From positions 62,001 through 126,000 of the forward strand of contig NIVC01001601.1 of NCBI GenBank assembly GCA_002269645.1: DNA of 64,000 nt, given 5' to 3'. The notes below the pieces were generated by a model. The model worked only from the letters and a program-made list of their open reading frames with translations. It made no database searches and had not been told where the DNA came from. Of the stretch, positions 25,540-39,361 are shown piece by piece (positions within the stretch are counted from its first letter, which is position 1; each line of letters starts with the position of its first letter). The stretch comes from Macrostomum lignano (taxonomy: Eukaryota). A program made the translations under genes and the position numbers.

Positions 25540-26667
25540 CAGTGTCACTAGAAGGATGCCAGTGTCACTAGAAGGATGCCAGTGTCACTAAACGGATGCC
25601 AGTGTCACTAGAAGTGTGCTAATGTCACTAGAAGGATGCCAGTGTCACTAGAAGTGTGCCAGTGTCACTAGAATGATGCCAGTGTCACTAGAAGGATGCC
25701 AGTGTCACTAGAATGATGCCAGTGTCACTAGAAGTGTGCTAATGTCACTAGAAGGGTGCCAGTGTCACTAGAAGGATGCCAGTGTCACTAGAAGTGTGCT
25801 AATGTCACTAGAAGGATGCCAGTGTCACTAGAAGGGTGCCAGTGTCACTAGAAGGGTGCCAGTGTCACTAGAAGGGTGCCAGTGTCACTAGAAGGGTGCC
25901 AGTGTCACTAGAAGGGTGCCAGTGTCACTAGAAGGGTGCCAGTGTCACTAGAAGGATGCCAGTGTCACTAGAAGGGTGCCAGTGTCACTAGAAGGGTGCC
26001 AGTGTCACTAGAAGGGTGCCAGTGTCACTAGAAGGGTGCCAGTGTCACTAGAAGGGTGCCAGTGTCACTAGAAGGGTGCCAGTGTCACTAGAAGGGTGCC
26101 AGTGTCACTAGAAGGGTGCCAGTGTCACTAGAAGGATGCCAGTGTCACTAGAAGGATGCCAGTGTCACTAGAAGTGTGCCAGTGTCACTAGAAGGGTGCC
26201 AGTGTCACTAAACGGATGCCAGTGTCACTAGAAAGGTGCCAGTGTCACTAGAAGGGTGCCAGTGTCACTAGAAGGGTGCCAGTGTCACTAGTAGGATGCC
26301 AGTGTCACTAGAAGGATGCCAGTGTCACTGAAAGGGTGCCAGTGTCACTAGAAGGGTGCCAGTGTCACTAGAAGGGTGCCAGTGTCACTGAAAGGGTGCC
26401 AGTGTCGCTAGAAGGGTGCCAGTGTCACTAGAAGTGTGCCAGTGTCACTAGAAGGGTGCCTGTGTCACTAGAAGGGTGCCAGTGTCACTAGTAGGATGCC
26501 AGTGTCACTAGAAGGATGCCAGTGTCACTGAAAGGGTGCCAGTGTCACTAGAAGGGTGCCAGTGTCACTAGAAGGATGCCAGTGTCACTAGAAGGGTGCC
26601 AGTGTCACTAGAAGGGTGCCAGTGTCACTAGAAGGATGCCAGTGTCACTGAAAGGGTGCCAGTGTCA
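25540..26667. repeat. 20-bp satellite (GCCAGTGTCACTAGAAGGGT)n
   Basis: Tandem copies seen directly. Confidence 0.97.
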
Positions 26668-28205
26668 ACCAAATCTTTAGCTTAAAAAAGCAATTCAGCT
26701 AATTTGAGCAGGTAGTTCTTACTGCCAAATGAAGTGTACCGCTAGGTAGAATTGCGAAATTACTCATTACAAACTCTGCTTCCGCATTATTAGAAATAAG
26801 CACAATAAAATACACTGCCATTGTGCCTTAGATTCCGTTCCATTCGGACCGCAGTGTATCCTGCAATTCTAACGCTACAGCCAGGCAAGGTAGTTTGGGG
26901 TAAGCTAACAAAATCTTATAACAGAAAGAGACATGAGTAAGCTGAGCACACATGAGTATAGCTAGCATCAAGCGTCTGTAAGATCGGCACACATAGACTT
27001 GCCGCCTCGCCGGTTTGCGGATAACGAAATCAAATTCCGATAGACTGCTCACATAGAAGCGGCTTCGAAATCGCCGAGTGAAGTGTGCTTGCTACGATAT
27101 TGGTTTATGCGGATTCAAGGCGTTCTAAAAATTTGTATCTGGAAAGCAGTGGAGTGTCCAAATACGCGCGTACGAGTAGTCCATGGACGATGTTTTACAA
27201 CGCTGGAACTGAAGCGACCATGCAGCGAGTGAGTTTGATAGCCTGCCTGAGCATCAAAATTTGTGTCTGCATGAGCTGTCATGCCAATGGGGCTGAAAGG
27301 GAATTGCTGCGTTGGGACGTGCTGCAAAATTCAAAACAGACTTCTCCCATGGGGCGGCGGCCCAGTCCGATAGCTGGGCCTCCTCTGGCCGACCCGAAGG
27401 CCTATCTGTGCGCTACAATCTCAATTTCGCCCCATTCCATTCCGCTGCATCCGCTGTGCAACTTTCGAGGCATAAAAATTTCCAGCTCAGTTTCGATTTT
27501 ACTCTCTGTGACGGGACCGATGCGAATCCCCGTCCGATAGGCCGGCCCAATGGCCTAGCAAATATCTCAGGCAGAATAATTTAGCCTCGGTATTAAAACG
27601 GGTGGCCGCGGCTCTAGGTCGTATCGGTTTCACAAACGACAAAATTTGCGCATCCAAGTTGTGAATCTATCCTTTCCACTCATTCGATTCCCTCTCCTAA
27701 CAGCGCATTTGCTGGGTCATCTGTCAACCATCCCTGTTGAAGATCAGCATCAGGTACGTTGCGGGCAGCTTCGCCTCTCGTAGCCCTCACCGTTGAATCT
27801 ACTGCTGATGGAAGATTCGCGTTGCGAATCGCGTAAAATACTATTTATCCACAGACTGGTGGGGATAGACCTTTTCGGGCCGCACTTAGACACGAATTCC
27901 CCACGCTCTCTCAAACGGACTGGCCTAAAAGGACGCTGGCGAGTGCGAGCTGGAAAGAGCGATTAGAAAAGCGTTTCCCAGTCCTCTTCTGGGCCGCTTG
28001 GTTTTCAATAGTACACCTCCTTTGTATCCCAAGGCGGGCAAGCCCACAGTTGCACAGAAAGATAGTGCAGACTTCGATTGGTGAAAGTCTCTTGAAACTA
28101 AGACAGCCGCCCATTTTCCAGTAATCTATTGTACGTTAACATGTAAAGTGCTTGGATAAGTTATCTGAAGTCCCCGTTTCGTCCCGCTTGCGCAGTGACA
28201 ACAGC

Positions 28206-30491
28206 ATGGCGGCTTCTCACGCGGTCGAGGAGGAGACGCTGCAGCTGCAGCCTCCGCCGAGCAAACTGAACAGATTGCTGGCTTTCTGCCTGATGTTCTT
28301 CGTATTGACAACCGTGCTGCTTGCCGTGGTAATTTTCCTGCTGTTCGTGTACCTGCCTGCTCGAGACTGCGGTCCTGACGTCTGCACCACCAGGGAGTGC
28401 ATCGAGGTGGGCGCTTTTATCACACAGAACGTTAATTTGACTGCCGACCCGTGCGAGGACTTCTTTGAATATGCGTGTGGCGGCTACGCAGACAGGAACC
28501 GGTACAACAGCCAGTCGATCAAGACAGGCATAGGAGCCTACGTGGACATGATCAAGAGCCTGCAGAGCAAGATCTTTGAGTTGCTCTACATTGACGGCAT
28601 GGTGAGCACGGACGATCCCGAGATGGCCGTTCTGTACAACATCAGCCGATCCATGTTCCACTCCTGCATGTCCTGGCATGATGCCTTCTGGACAGGTTCC
28701 AGTGTTCTGTCGTCCTTTGTCGATCCGCTGTTCGAGTTTGCCACAGACGGAATCCGAACGAACCAGCTGAGCTCCGTGGAGCAGCTTCTGGGTCAGTTGA
28801 TGAAGCGCGGGGCCACCGGTTTGGTGAAGCTGGCGCTGACGGACAGCGAGTACTCGGTGATCCTGTCGGCTGAGTCCGATGGGAGCAGTGAGTTCAACGA
28901 CACCAAAATCAGCATCAAAACTGACCTGTTCGGCTTCACCAGTAGATGGACTCGCGAGGACCTGCAACCGGTGCTGGACGCTCTGACAGTCAACATTACC
29001 CTCAACTTTGCCAAGATCCTTCGTCTGAAGGGAGGCGTTGACAAACTGATTCGCACTCAAAATCAGCTGTTCGACCTCACTAAACAATTGCCAGCTGACG
29101 CAGCAATAGACGAGTTGTACAACGGCACGCTGGAAAGCCTCCAGCAGCTGAAGCCCGGAGCAACCTTCAACTGGAGCCGCCTGCTTTTCTATGCATTTGA
29201 TCGACAAATCCCACCGGACCACGGAGTCTCCGTACAGAACGTCAGCATTCTGTACCGCGTGCTGGACAATCTGGCCAAAACAGCCACGTTTGGCGTTGAC
29301 GAATACAGACCAGAGTGCGCCTTCCTCCTACTCGACTCTGTCCTTTCGTTTGCCAAGTTTTTCCCGGAGCCGCTGCGCGGTCAGGTGACCAAGCTGAAGC
29401 AGACGGGCATAAATGTGCAGGAGGTTCAGTCAACCACGGACGAAGCCACCTATCCCAAGTTTTGCATGCTGTTCGCCATGACCAGCATGCAGCCGGTGGT
29501 TGTTGACATGTTCACCCGCGCGTTCATTAAACAGGGCTTCTCGGACATTCACCGCATCATAGAGGACGTTAAGCAGGCGATGGAACAGAATGTCGACGAC
29601 GAGACGTGGATCTCAGAGAAGGGCAAGCTGTCTATAAAGTCGAAAATCCGCTCGGTAAAGCAATCCGTGGGCTACGACCCGATGAGCCCCGAGAGCATTA
29701 AAGCGTACTTCTCCACCGTCAGGAAGCTGTACAAGAAGGACAGAGGATTTGGACACTTTGTTGGCCTCTACCAGCTGATTGAAACTAGCAAGCAAGCCCA
29801 GGTAATGACAGCCAATTCCACCGTGTCCTACTTTTTCGTTACAAATCCGCTGCAGGTGAACGCGTTCAACTTTATGGAACGAAACACAATAATCTTCCCG
29901 ATGGGCATCCTTGGTCCGTATCTGTACGATCCAAAGTATCCGGTGTACTTGCGATATGGCGGCATCGGCACCGTCATCGGGCACGAGATCGGGCACAGCT
30001 TTGATGACGCTGGCCACATCCTGACCGACAGTGGATCGGAGGGCCACTTTTGGGACAACAGCACCGAGGCGGGCTTCCTCAACCGAACTGGCTGCTTAGT
30101 GGACTCATTCAGCGCCATGGAGCTCGGCAAGGGGACGCGTCTGGATGGAAACGCCACTCTGGGCAACAACATTGCGGATGTCCTGGGCATAAGCAGCGCC
30201 TACAGAGCTCTGCAAAACCAGCTCAAACGGCCAGGCAGCACGGAGCCGAAGCGCCTGCCGGGAGCACTAAAGAGCCTCACGCCAGAGATGATGTTCTTCG
30301 TGCAGTTCGCTCAGATCTGGTGCGAGAAGGTGCCACCAGAGGTGTACGTGACCAGATACAAGCAGCCGACTCACAGCCCGCCGAAGCTGCGGATCCTAGG
30401 CAGCCTGAAGAATTCCGAGGAGTTCGCCAGGGTGTTCTCCTGCAAGGCTGGCAGCGGCATGAACCCGGCTAGCAAGTGCCGACTCTGGTAG
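28206..30491 (+). CDS. Neprilysin/endothelin-converting-enzyme-like M13 family protein, type II membrane, intronless
   Basis: Single ORF from ATG 28206. N-terminal TM (LLAFCLMFFVLTTVLLAVVIFLLFVYL), CTTRECIE, ADPCEDFFEYACGG, VNAFN, GTVIGHEIGHSFDD (HExxH), GNNIAD, AQIWC, HSPPKLRI and terminal NPASKCRLW. Confidence 0.95.
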   Translation: MAASHAVEEETLQLQPPPSKLNRLLAFCLMFFVLTTVLLAVVIFLLFVYLPARDCGPDVCTTRECIEVGAFITQNVNLTADPCEDFFEYACGGYADRNRYNSQSIKTGIGAYVDMIKSLQSKIFELLYIDGMVSTDDPEMAVLYNISRSMFHSCMSWHDAFWTGSSVLSSFVDPLFEFATDGIRTNQLSSVEQLLGQLMKRGATGLVKLALTDSEYSVILSAESDGSSEFNDTKISIKTDLFGFTSRWTREDLQPVLDALTVNITLNFAKILRLKGGVDKLIRTQNQLFDLTKQLPADAAIDELYNGTLESLQQLKPGATFNWSRLLFYAFDRQIPPDHGVSVQNVSILYRVLDNLAKTATFGVDEYRPECAFLLLDSVLSFAKFFPEPLRGQVTKLKQTGINVQEVQSTTDEATYPKFCMLFAMTSMQPVVVDMFTRAFIKQGFSDIHRIIEDVKQAMEQNVDDETWISEKGKLSIKSKIRSVKQSVGYDPMSPESIKAYFSTVRKLYKKDRGFGHFVGLYQLIETSKQAQVMTANSTVSYFFVTNPLQVNAFNFMERNTIIFPMGILGPYLYDPKYPVYLRYGGIGTVIGHEIGHSFDDAGHILTDSGSEGHFWDNSTEAGFLNRTGCLVDSFSAMELGKGTRLDGNATLGNNIADVLGISSAYRALQNQLKRPGSTEPKRLPGALKSLTPEMMFFVQFAQIWCEKVPPEVYVTRYKQPTHSPPKLRILGSLKNSEEFARVFSCKAGSGMNPASKCRLW

Positions 30492-30997
30492 ACTGTCGAT
30501 CGACAGTCCTGTGGAGCCTGAACTGTGACCAAATTGCCGGGTTTTTACAGATAGGCTAAATGCAGCTTAGCAAATTATAAAAATTATTCAATCATGCTTA
30601 TCCCCAATGCGCACTCATATTTACCTCTACAGCGAGCTAGAAATGTTTACTCGCAAACAAAATTCTCTTGCATAGTTAAATTCGATTTTTTTTTTTGATA
30701 AATATTCCCGCAAAACGAATCCCGATATTCGTTTTGATTTTTTTCCTTAATCGCCATCAATAAAATTTTCCTCCCCTAGCGCTTTTACCAGAAAATATCT
30801 GCGCCAAAGTCGAATTTTAACACCGAATTAAAAAATGAAATTAATAATACAAGCGTACATCAACTGTGCAATAATAAATGTGCCGCTTATAAATAAGAAA
30901 GGTGATGGGATGTCTTTGTCTTTTTGTCATTTCCGTGTCAGTGCAAGCAAAAACTTCTAACATGGACCATGGAAGTCCTTGATTTTACAATACGAGC

Positions 30998-33145
30998 TAA
31001 AGCCCTTGACTCTATCAGGGAGGTCCTTGACTCTATCAGGAAGCCCTTGACTCTATCAGGAAGTCCTTGACTCTATCAGGGAGGTCCTTGACTCTATCAG
31101 GAAGCCCTTGACTCTATCAGGAAGCCCTTGACTCTATCAGGAAGGTCCTTGACTCTATCAGGGAGGCCCTTGACTCTATCAGGGAGGTCCTTGACTCTAT
31201 CAGGAAGGTCCTTGACTCTATCAGGGAGGTCCTTGACTCTATCAGGGAGGTCCTTGACTCTCTCATGAAGTCCTTGACTCTATCAGGGAGGTCCTTGACT
31301 CTATCAGGGAGGTCCTTGACTCTATCAGGAAGGTCCTTGACTCTATCAGGGAGGTCCTTGACTCTATCAGGGAGGTCCTTGACTCTATCAGGGAGGTCCT
31401 TGACTCTATCAGGGAGGTCCTTGACTCTATCAGGGAGGTCCTTGACTCTCTCATGAAGTCCTTGACTCTATCAGGGAGGTCCTTGACTCTATCAGGGAGG
31501 TCCTTGACTCTATCAGGAAGGTCCTTGACTCTATCAGGGAGGTCCTTGACTCTATCAGGAAGGTCCTTGACTCTATCAGGGAGGTCCTTGACTCTATCAG
31601 GGAGGTCCTTGACTCTATCAGGAAGGTCCTTGACTCTATCAGGGAGGTCCTTGACTCTATCAGGAAGGTCCTTGACTCTCTCATGAAGTCCTTGACTCTA
31701 TCAGGGAGTTCCTTGACTCTCTCATGAAGTCCTTGACTCTATCAGGGAGTTCCTTGACTCTCTCATGAAGTCCTTGACTCTATCAGGGAGTTCCTTGACT
31801 CTCTCAGGGAGGTCCTTGACTCTATCAGGAAGGTCCTTGACTCTATCAGGGAGGTCCTTGACTCTATCAGGGAGGTCCTTGACTCTATCAGGAAGGTCCT
31901 TGACTCTATCAGGGAGGTCCTTGACTCTATCAGGAAGGTCCTTGACTCTATCAGGGAGGTCCTTGACTCTCTCATGAAGTCCTTGACTCTATCAGGGAGT
32001 TCCTTGACTCTCTCATGAAGTCCTTGACTCTATCAGGGAGTTCCTTGACTCTATCAGGGAGGTCCTTGACTCTCTCAGGGAGGTCCTTGACTCTATCAGG
32101 GAGGTCCTTGACTCTATCAGGGAGGTCCTTGACTCTATCAGGGAGTTCCTTGACTCTCTCAGGGAGGTCCTTGACTCTATCAGGGAGGTCCTTGACTCTA
32201 TCAGGGAGGTCCTTGACTCTATCAGGGAGGTCCTTGACTCTCTCATGAATTCCTTGACTCTATCAGGGAGGTCCTTGACTCTCCCATGAATTCCTTGACT
32301 CTACAATGAAGTCCTTGACTCTACAATGACGTCCTTGACTCTACAATGAAGTCCTTGACTCTACAATGACGTCCTTGACTCTACAATGAAGTCCTTGACT
32401 CTACAATGACGTCCTTGACTCTACAATGAAGTCTTTGACTCTACAATGAAATCCTTGACTCTACAATGAAGTCCTTGACTCTACAATGACGTCCTTGACT
32501 CTACAATGACGTCCTTGACTCTACAATGACGTCCTTGACTCTACAATGAAGTCCTTGACTCTACAATGAAGTCATTGACTCTACAATGAAGTCCTTGACT
32601 CTACAATGATGTCCTTGACTCTACAATGAAGTCATTGACTCTATCAGGGAGGTCCTTGACTCTCTCATGAAGTCCTTGACTCTATCAGGGAGGTCCTTGA
32701 CTCTCTCATGAAGTCCTTGACTCTATCAGGGAGGTCCTTGACTCTCCCATGAATTCCTTGACTCTATCAGGGAGGTCCTTGACTCTCCCATGAATTCCTT
32801 GACTCTACAATGAAGTCCTTGACTCTACAATGACGTCCTTGACTCTACAATGAAGTCCTTGACTCTACAATGACGTCCTTGACTCTACAATGAAGTCTTT
32901 GACTCTACAATGAAATCCTTGACTCTACAATGAATTATTTGACTCTACAATGAAGTCGTTGACTCTACAATGAAGTCATTGACTCTCCCATGAAGTCGTT
33001 GACTCTACAATGAAGTCCTTGACTCTACAATGAATTATTTGACTCTACAATGAAGTCCTTGACTCTACAAGGAAGTCCTTGACTCTACAATGAAGTCCTT
33101 GACTCTACAATGAAGTCCTTAACTTTAAAATGATGTCCTTGACTG
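30998..33145. repeat. Composite 21/20-bp satellite (CCTTGACTCTATCAGGGAGGT and GTCCTTGACTCTACAATGAA)
   Basis: Tandem copies sharing the CCTTGACTCT core, with two unit variants in alternating blocks. Confidence 0.96.
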
Positions 33146-33705
33146 GAAGTTAAGTATAAAAATATTTATATTTAAGTTAAATATTATAAAAGACATAGAA
33201 TTTTCTGTTTACACTACTATTAGTAAAATTCCAAGAATTAGTACCTTGACTTGTCTCTGTGGTACAGGAAGAAAGTTTCAACGCTGACCAAGTAGGCTGG
33301 GAGGAGTTACCGAACTAGACTTTTAGTATACGAAGTATGAAGAAGACTGTTGCGGGATGTAAGTAATTACGTCTCTTTTTGTCTTCATGGGATAGACAAC
33401 AACTGCAAACTGTTTCCAGGTGATGTGGCTTACAGGCTTACAGGGCTGTACGTAGAAAGAGACAGCAAGAGTGACTTCAGTACAGAATCAGCTTAAAATG
33501 TGGCTTGAAAGAAACCAACTCAGCTTCCAAAAAGCAACTCGGCTTTAGATTCCAAGAAACTAAAATAGCAGCTTTTAAAAAGCCACTTAGCTAAAAAACA
33601 GTATTAAGTAGTATCTAAAGCAACTCAAGATCCAAAAATCAAGTTTAACCATAAGAGCAGCCTAAAATACAATTTCGTTGAGTTCTGTTCAGTTTAAATT
33701 ACAAG

Positions 33706-34775
<1,070 letters not shown>

Positions 34776-35364
34776 AAACTGGAAACCCCAGTGTAAAGAA
34801 GCGCACTGAAATTCCAAAATTTTCCAGACCCGCAGAAATTCAGATTTTTTCTGGGTATCTCCAAACGTTTTGTTTGTGGTAGGCAATAAATTATAGCTGT
34901 CAGCCATTCCGTCAGCTACTATTGACGCCAGCTCTCGTGGAGGGCTGAGCTATTTATTCATCTTCAGCAAGAAGAATGGACCAAAATTGTGGGTAGGTAC
35001 GGTAGGGTACAGAAGCGTCAGACAATGCGAGAGTCACACAAGCATTCAGGCCAAGTTATACGTGAGTCCACGCATTAATAGTTCGCTTGAGAAGTTCAGC
35101 AAACACAGCTCGGCTCACCGCAACCAGCTTTGTATGTCTTTGAGTTAATAAAGGAATACAACGGGGCCTTATTACCCAAGCAACAGCCCGCTTGAAGAAA
35201 TTCTTCTAGTACTTTTGGAAACGCTATATGATGTGAGACTCCAACCTGATTCACCCTGATCCCTACTACAAAAGTTAGGATTGTAACTCCAATCCAACTA
35301 CTCATCGGCCTAAATGTGGGAAGAGACAACAAAAGTAGAACAGGTACTCATAAGGATCTCTATA

Positions 35365-35908
35365 CAGCTCCCAGGAAACCAACCCAGCTTCCAGGAAACC
35401 AACCCAGCTTCCAGGAAACCAACCCAGCTTCCAGGAAACCAACCCAGCTCCCAGGAAACCAACCCAGCTTCCAGGAAACCAACCCAGCTTCCAGGAAACC
35501 AACCCAGCTTCCAGGAAACCAACCCAGCTTCCAGGAAACCAACCCAGCTCCCAGGAAACCAACCCAGCTTCCAGGAAACCAACCCAGCTTCCAGGAAACC
35601 AACCCAGCTTCCAGGAAACCAACCCAGCTCCCAGGAAACCAACCCAGCTTCCAGGAAACCAACCCAGCTCCCAGGAAACCAACCCAGCTTCCAGGAAACC
35701 AACCCAGCTCCAGGAAACCAACCCAGCTTCCAGGAAACCAACCCAGCTCCCAGGAAACCAACCCAGCTTCCAGGAAACCAACCCAGCTCCAGGAAACCAA
35801 CCCAGCTCCCAGGAAACCAACCCAACTTCCAGGAAACCAACCCAGCTTCCAGGAAACCAACCCAGCTTCCAGGAAACCAACCCAGCTTCCAGGAAACCAA
35901 CCCAGCTT
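35365..35908. repeat. 20-bp satellite (CCAGGAAACCAACCCAGCTT)n
   Basis: Seen directly. Confidence 0.97.
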
Positions 35909-35917
35909 CGATAACAC

Positions 35918-36215
35918 CTGCCCTAATGGGCAGGAGTGCAACCGACAGCTCAGCCGCAGCTATTGCGCGGCGCATCTGAAGGCTGCATACGGCTGTTCAG
36001 TCCAAGGACTGGGAGGTTGCCACACACACCCTCAATTACCCCAGCTAATGCTGGCACCCATTTTACAGCTATGGCGATTTTAAGGCAGTTGTAGCCTAGA
36101 GGTTAGACGTCGCTCTCACGATTGAAATGTCGGGGGTTCGATTCTGGACCCACTCCGAATAATTTGTATCCTTGAGCAAGACGCTTAACTCTGCATTGCT
36201 ACAGTTCACCCAGCT
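35918..36215. mobile_element. SINE copy 3, split by an internal inversion
   Basis: The 3' half lies on the minus strand (35918-36070) and the 5' half on the plus strand (36084-36215). Both junctions fall at AGCT. Confidence 0.82.
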
Positions 36216-36847
36216 AACAGTTAAAACAGCTCTGCCAAGCGGAGTTCTATAGAATACAAATGCGCAGGCACAGGCAGTAACAATGTCATTCCAATGAACA
36301 TTCCGCTGACCTACAGTTAATTACCTGAGGCTGAGGCAGCACTAGCAGAATTTACCAGACGGCTAGGAAATAGAGGGTATGTAAAGAAATAGTTTTTTTG
36401 CGCAGACTATAGGTATCTGTGAGACGTTCTCCTAACTATTCTAGTGCTTTTGAAGCTGCAACACGTGCTGTAGCTGTGCGTTATACTCAAATTAGTCTTA
36501 AGTAGCCAAACAAGGTGCAAGAGAGGACCAAAAACAAAATGGAGACGTTGGCGACAGACAATGCGAGAGTCGCAAAAGCTTTCGACAAAGTCTGTACTGA
36601 GGCCACACAATAGAAGGTCTTATACAAAGGTCGGAAAACAGACCATTGAAGCTGCTGGCTATGGTATTTGAGTGCTACCTATATCTGAGCCAAGCAAATG
36701 TGCCCTGCTTCTGTCAGCTATTCTTTAAAACTAAAATTTCAATACTGACCATGGCATAATTATTGGCTACACAAAACCTAAGGCCTTTTGCTGGTGACCA
36801 GTTTTGGCTCACCCGAGTGTTTTAATTAAGCGAGAGAAAAGGTTGTT

Positions 36848-37130
36848 TGACGAAGGTAGCTGGACGAAGGTTACTTGACGAAGGTAGCTGGACAAAGGTA
36901 GCTGGACGAAAGTTACTTGACGAAGATAGCTGGACGAAAGTTACTTGACGAAGGTAGCTGGACAAAGGTAGCTGGACGAAAGTTACTTGACGAAGGTAGC
37001 TGGACGAAAGTTACTTGACGAAGGTAGCTGGACAAAGGTAGCTGGACGAAAGTTACTTGACGAAGGTAGCTGGACGAAAGTTACTTGACGAAGATAGCTG
37101 GACGAAAGTTACTTGACGAAGGTAGCTGGA
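36848..37130. repeat. GACGAAGGTAGCTG / GACGAAAGTTACTT minisatellite
   Basis: Seen directly; related to 42757-43160. Confidence 0.9.
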
Positions 37131-37599
37131 TGAATGTTGTTAACTGGATGAAGGTTATTTTAAAAGTCTGAGTCGATGATTGGAATAGCCCGATCGGAGT
37201 TAGGACAGAGGTACCCGGGGAGTGAGAGGGCAAAGGAGGCGAAATCTGTGCGGATGCGGAGATGGGACGGCGGGTGGTTGAAAAGCGCCTGACAAGAATG
37301 GCAGGTGACAACAGACCGAATGCACCTTCGCCGCGATCCTGCCTGCCAGATTACTGGCAAGAGCTGCTCATCGACTCCCTCAGGGTTCCCCCACGGATCA
37401 GACCCTGCCAGCCCCTCTGGTCCCCCTGGGCCTGGTTGGCAGAAGAAGGTCTGGACAAAGGTTTGCATACGAAGGTCGCTAGTTGAAGGTTCTTGAACAT
37501 GGAGCACGAAAGCAAAACCCAACCTCACATAGTCTTGAAGACAAAGAACGCTAATTCATGCTGCTATCGTTTTCGCGGCTGAGCAGAACGGGTTCCGGC

Positions 37600-38720
37600 C
37601 CCATCGCGGCACATTGGCGCAGATCCTGGCTCTTCGCCGAGTCATCGTGGAAGCGCAGGCCCAGAGCCTGATTGCTCTCTTTATTGACTTCAGGAGGGCC
37701 GAGCTCCCAATGGTGCTCCGTGCGTACAATGTGCCAGAGCAGCTGATTTCCGCCGTCATGGCGCTGTACCATGGCACGAGCGCTGCTGTGCTGACACCGG
37801 ACGGCCTGTCGAATTTCTTTGAGACATCTTCTGGGTTGCTTCAGGAAGTTACGCTTGCGCCGCTCCTGTTCGTCCTGGTGCTGGACTGGGTGGATCGCTC
37901 TTTCTTCTAGCGACGACGGCTTTCTTCTGCAGCGACGCGTGGGTCGACACGTGGGCGGCTCAGCGTGCTTGGCTACGTCAAGGCGCCGAGGGCGCCGAGC
38001 ACCAGCTGGACCGGCTGTTAAGCTTTGCGGCGAGCGTCGGCCTGGTGGTCAACACGCAGAAGACTGCCGTGCTCTGCATGCTGGACGACATCGAGGCTGC
38101 GATTTTCTTCCGAGGCGCTGACGGGAGGGCGACGAAGCTTCCGCTCTGTCAGCAGTTCGTCTACCTCGGCATCTGGTGTGAGTTGTTCGCGAGGATCTCC
38201 GACGTTGCCGTGGACTTGCCTGGGCTGCCTTCCGCTCCGTGAGGGTTTTCCTGCAATCAGAAGCCCTGCCTGACCGCCAGAGGGCGGCGCTGTTCCAGGC
38301 GGTGGTCGAGACTGTCCTGTTGTACGGACAGTCTACGGACAGTCCTGAGACTTGGACGCTGACAGATTCGCTTGAACAGCAGGTCGATGCGGCGCACGCT
38401 GGTCTGCTGCGCGCCGCCTTCAGGATCGGCTACGAGCGAGTCACCAATGCAATGCGGCACTCCATCGCCGCACCGGCCTGTCCCGTACAAGCAAACTGTT
38501 GCGCCGTCGGCAACTCCAGCTGGGAGGCCATATTATCCGAGCCAAGTCCTACTGCCCGCAACCGGTGCAGGAGGTTCTGCTGCTGACGCTGCAGACACTA
38601 CCGGCGGGGGCAGGCGCTCACTCGGTGTTTCGTTGACACCGCCTGCTGGCTGATTCCCTCGTCCTGGACACGCGCCCTGTGACGTTGTCTTTGCCTCTCT
38701 CGACCCGCTTAACTGGCTGA
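37600..38720 (+). mobile_element. Decayed non-LTR retrotransposon (RTE-like reverse transcriptase fragment)
   Basis: Frameshifted pieces FIDFRRA..., LRAYNVPEQLISAVMALYHGTSAAVLTPDGLSNFFETSSGLLQEVTLAPLLFVLVLDWV, VNTQKT, QQFVYLG, LFQAVVETVLLYG...ETWTLTDSLEQQVDAAHAGLLRAAF match LINE RT and post-RT motifs. The YADD motif is lost. Confidence 0.82.
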
Positions 38721-39361
38721 CAACGAATTTTTGTTGTTGCAGCACAGAAAGAAAACAATGGGCCAAGCAGAAATGGAAAACCTGCTTTTTGGGGCTGGGG
38801 GCGGCCAATATTGCTGAGAATACAGCTAAATCTGACAAAAAGAATTATGGCTTGCTTTCTCTCTCCCTATAGAGCACCTGCAGTAAACAAAGCGCTTGAC
38901 CGGAATACGGTTGAGTTTATTATCAAGTATTTGGCACACTGGGGGGGGGTTCTGCTGCTGAGTTGAATGACATTTTTCGAGTATGAGATAAGAGTCTCAT
39001 AAAAAGGGAAGAGCTGAGACTGCAGGATAGCAATAAAAATTTGAGAAAGAAGTTTACTGCATTATACGAAAAACAGCATTCGTTTCATTTTGGAGTTTTT
39101 TTAAACTGGACAATTAAACAAAACCATAAACAAGCAGTTTATTATGAGCAGGAAAGACAGCCCCTAGTTTTCACTATAACTATTTTCGTGCCTCAAAGAA
39201 CAATTGCTGAGTCGTGCAGCTAATTGAGCAGCAATTCATGGCTCATCCGGTACTCTAACTCAAGGGCCGGCAAATTTTTTTACCGAAAAAAACCGGACTA
39301 GATAAATATCCCAGCTCGTAGCTGCTGGTCAAATGCGAAACAGAGGGCGAGGGAATAGAAG

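Noticed and set aside
26828-28114. Short ORFs upstream of the M13 gene
   Set aside because: No recognisable motifs; probably promoter/UTR or decayed repeat sequence.
31263-32248. ESRTSLI / SLTLSGR ORFs
   Set aside because: Translation of the 21-bp satellite.
35302-36083. RKPTQLPGNQPS-repeat ORFs
   Set aside because: Translation of a 20-bp satellite plus SINE sequence.
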